NCBI GenBank assembly: GCA_964016885.1
Contig: OZ024745.1
Span: 53,568,001 to 53,632,000, forward strand
Length of the DNA: 64,000 nucleotides
Origin: Eledone cirrhosa
Taxonomy: Eukaryota
Direction of reading: 5' to 3'
The position numbers and the translations under genes are program-made. The number at the start of each line of letters is the position of its first letter. The first letter of the stretch is position 1. A model generated the notes under the pieces. It was given only the letters and a program-made list of their open reading frames with translations, made no database searches and had not been told where the DNA came from. Below, one piece after another: positions 59,937 through 64,000 of the stretch.

Positions 59937-61739
59937 TGGGGGGAGAGTGAGAGGGAGAGAGAGAGAGAAAGAGAGGGAGAGAGAGAGATTTATTGATAGG
60001 TAGATATATATGTGTATATGCGTATGTGTTTGAATCTGTGTATTTACAATGGTTCATCAACTAAAACTCTGTCTTTCCTCTTTTTTTTGTGTGTGTCTTG
60101 GTATAAAAATAGTTTTTAAAAACGTAAAGTTGACTTTTTGTCGGCATTGCTTTTAGCATCAATTAATGATAATCGTTCGTTTAATAGGTAAATTATTTAT
60201 CTATCCATACACTCTTGGGTTTTGATAATACACTACGATAAATGTCTGGTAAATAAGTACGTTTTTATGCATTTATACAGTTTTGTATTCTAACAATACA
60301 ATGAGATAAATATCTCATAATATATGGCTATATTTTTTGCTTTCTTTGAGTATTTAATATATGTAAAAGTTTGTCTGTTTCTCTTGAAGCAACATTTTGA
60401 TGTCTTAATGAAGCTTCACAATATTTGTCACAGAAATCTAAATCTTTCGCAGTGCAGAAGCAAACTTACCATACAGACATTTTGCCAATATCTGATGAGC
60501 TGATGGTCTGGGTAAAAAGAAAAATTGAATATACTAAATAAATCTAAAGAGATGTCTATACAATTTCTTTGTCAGCAAATGTGTGCGTACGTGTTTCTGA
60601 GTTTGTACGTGTATTCATGTGGTATATTGAAAAGACTAGAATGTTGCGTATATGGTTGTACATTAGCACCAGATGAGTTCTGACCGAGCAGACTTCTATA
60701 ATCCAATACATTCTAGCTGTGTGAATTGCGTCATTGTCATATGTGTATGAGACCAAGAACCAACGTGTCCTTTTCAGGGTATGGTTTGATGGAGATTTTG
60801 CTGCCATTTCCAGCAGCTCGAATGACTACTTAGGGACTTCCCCTCTAACTCGGTCGATTAAAGTCATTGGTAGAAAGTGTTAGTAATAACGCCATTTTCA
60901 TACTGGGCAGCAAGTATGACTACTCATTTCTACATTTATATCTACAAATGGAGACTTTGTTACATCTCAACTAGTATATCAACTGGAATGTATGTTGAAT
61001 TTGGATATACAAATCTTTTCTAAATCTTCGTCTTTGTCTATCAGTTTATCTCACTTTGTCTACTATATACTCAACATACAGGTTATAGATGATAATGCTT
61101 GAGTTATGCCTTAATATTTATTTAGCCCTTAAATTTGTTTACAATACTTTTAAATATAGAATAATCTAAATCTGCACCCAGGTAGAGATAGCATTGCCAC
61201 TCTGTTCTCTGAGGCCTGTATGGGTCTCTCTTTATGTGTTTCTTGGCGTATTAGGTGATTTTATTGATGCGTATACAGTCTATTGTATGTATAAGAACTA
61301 ATAACTCAACGAGGGTTATTCTTTTTATGACATTTACTGTTTCGTATTCTCGATATTGGAAAGGAATACATTATACATTTGTAGCAGAAATTTCTTGAAT
61401 ATAATTTTTAATTTTGAAGTTTTATGTTTCTTTGCTGATTTTATGTGGTCCTTTAGTATATCTTAATTGACTTTTATATATTTTAATTACGCATTACAAT
61501 TTTATGGGGGTGTTTGGTCATATCATCTAAGGCTTGTTTGAGTTTCCTGTCAAGTAGGCTTTTATTGCTATGTGTATTGCTATATTTACTTTTGTATTTT
61601 CATTCCTTTTATCGTTATCTGTGAACTACAAGATTAGTCTTAGTTAGAGAATCTTTCGGTTTTGATCTTACACACACACACACATATATATATATATATC
61701 GAGCCCTCTTTGGATTTTACTCTTCAAATTTATTATTAT

Positions 61740-61785
<46 letters not shown>

Positions 61786-61929
61786 TCTTGTGACGCTAAA
61801 CTCCGCCAGGTGCAGACTGCGCATCACCATGAGATATCTCTCTCCACAAAGTTCGATCACAAGCAGCAGAGTTCAAAGAGCAAAGATCAAGTCCAGTCCA
61901 TAAGTTGACATATAACAAATTTAATACAG

Positions 61930-61975
61930 GACTACAGGGCTAGAACTGTTTCATTCGAAGGAAATCATCAGGAAA
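61930..61975 (-). ncRNA. HHR family D core (stem I decayed)
   Basis: Minus strand reads CTGATGA-TTTC cttc GAAT-GAAA-CAG ttctagcc CTG-TA. Confidence 0.55.
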
Positions 61976-62279
61976 GCGGACTGATATTGTAATGCGGTGG
62001 CATTTGTATGTTTTGGAGGAAGGTGGTGATTTTAAGGATGGACAGAGGTCATTGGCTGAAGGATTTTAAAGAACTGAGTATAAGGGAACTGGAATTTTTC
62101 GAACTGCAGCCGTCAAATTACGCAGTTTCTGTATAAGAATAGACATTAAACAATATCCATTATTACCTGCAGTGACTATAACCCCATTACGGAATAGGCC
62201 TTGCCCAACTCTCTCCCGCTTACCTTTGACCTTAAACACTCAAGCAATTCCCCCAAGATGACGTGATATATATTTGCTT

Positions 62280-62710
62280 GGGTGGTGGAACTCAGGGCGG
62301 TGAAACTCAGGAGAGTCAACGGCCACCCAATAAAGCTTTTTTGGTGGAGCGAGAGACAGTCTAGTCTTCATTAAAGCATCTCTCTAGAAGAAGGTTACTC
62401 TGATATACAACCTGCAACTTCATTTGCATCCAATGATAGGGACCAGTTCTTTTTAGGTAAATACATTTGATGTTCAGAAAGTGGGATTGGCTCCGTGCAA
62501 ATCCTTTCCTCACTTAAAAAAGCTTCAAGCACAGGCATCACTTGATATGTGACTTTTTTTGTGATGCATGGTATTGCTGGCCATAGGCAAGTCCCTAGCA
62601 GGACTAAAAGGCCACATCAAAGATGCTCATGCTTCAGTATCAAGCGATGGCATTACTCGAAATCGAATTGCAGCCATCATGTTTGTAGATATGTGTGTAT
62701 GTATGTACAG
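62280..62710 (+). mobile_element. Family R element, diverged copy with decayed (ATGT)n tail
   Basis: Homologous to 15175-15492. Ends GCAGCCATCATGT. Confidence 0.6.
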
Positions 62711-63204
62711 AGTATTGATGTTGAACTCCCGTCGGTTCCTTCGACAAATGCTCCAATTTTTCGAACAACGGAACTGTATACTCGTGAAATTAACGAGCAA
62801 GAGGATGAACACTCTACGGACACGTAAACTCTTAACGTAGTTCTCAAGGGAGATTCAAAGTGACGCACCCCGTCGCTGGAAATCGAACTCATGACCACAT
62901 TAACCACTAAGCCACATTAATTCCCTCATACATATATATATACAAATATATATAATATTCAACTATCATTACCCACATACTGCCGTTTTACTCACTACTT
63001 AACGAAATTGTCTGCACTCGGAGTTATATGTTTGTATTTCTCACGTACAAATCATATAATATCATTGAGTGAGCAAGTGACGGCCAGAGTTACATGGACT
63101 CTCTTCGGGGAGATTCATAAACCAATTTTTATTTCTTTTCTCCGCTGGTGGATTTGCTTCGAATGTAAGTTGAGCGTTTCCTATTTTTCTTTTTGTGCGA
63201 TATG

Positions 63205-63288
<84 letters not shown>

Positions 63289-63618
63289 TGCGCGTATATG
63301 TGTGTGCTTTTAGATGAGATGATAATATAACCACATAAAATCAAAGAAAATGTTAAAGCTCAGTGTGATTTTATAGTTAACAGCAAGATAGGTAAGAGAC
63401 AGTTCAGAGTTTAATCCAATCGGTAAATTTCAAATCACTGTAGTTTAACAATCTCACAAAGCATATATATAAAAGAAATAAAGAATAACCTGGGTGTAAT
63501 AGTTTAGTATATTATCTTAAGTTATTGCACGTTATATTTTTATCACTAATAAAATCTAATTGCGTATTTAAGTTTCCATAAAGTTTTAACGTTTTCCCAA
63601 CAGAATTTGAATTTTACT

Positions 63619-63654
<36 letters not shown>

Positions 63655-63724
63655 AGTGCGCGTATATGTGTGTGCGCGTGCGTGTGTGTGTGTGTGTGTG
63701 TGTGTTTGTGTGTATATATATATA

Positions 63725-63866
63725 TAGTAATAATAATAAATTTGAAAACTAAAATCCAAAGAGGGCTCGATAAGGAAAAATATATATCAAATATATAAGA
63801 ACCCTAGAGCAAATATTTATTAAAATAACAGATTAAAGTTTAAGCAAAGAATCGCTGCTTTCACCC
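63725..63866 (-). mobile_element. Family A element 3' end, truncated within the HHR (another fragment at 61698-61745)
   Basis: Matches 1994-2135. Confidence 0.8.
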
Positions 63867-63914
63867 AGGTTTCTGCCTCAAAGGAGATCTTTTGAGGTGC
63901 AAAACCATGGTTAT

Positions 63915-63953
<39 letters not shown>

Positions 63954-64000
63954 TTGTGTGTGTTTGTGTGCGTGTGTGTGCGTGTGTGTGTGTGTGTGTG

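Noticed and set aside
60434-60511. Possible exon (CACAG acceptor to GTAAAA donor)
   Set aside because: Stops in all three frames and weak splice signals; unsupported without RNA data.

Overview
Eukaryotic, extremely microsatellite-rich, essentially non-coding DNA. The repeat repertoire ((TA)n/(CA)n/(TACA)n tracts, tRNA-type SINEs, RTE LINEs) suggests an octopus/cephalopod genome; this is inference. Almost every ORF in the track is a translated microsatellite or minisatellite. Real protein homology is limited to transposon fossils: a hAT/Buster transposase bounded by TIRs, a near full-length GC-rich RTE LINE with three lesions, further RTE, Tx1-like and R4-like fragments, and a probable Penelope GIY-YIG remnant. 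The main hidden structure is a dense set of short non-coding inserts in (TA)n tracts. They carry type I hammerhead ribozymes (HHR), about 20 complete, variant, decayed or partial copies from at least 8 unrelated families. They are arranged as fold-back inverted repeats and as roughly 470-520 bp tandem or circularly permuted units, as expected of Penelope-type/retrozyme elements. Some families have fixed non-canonical catalytic cores. All structures were read and folded by eye; coordinates may be off by a few bases.
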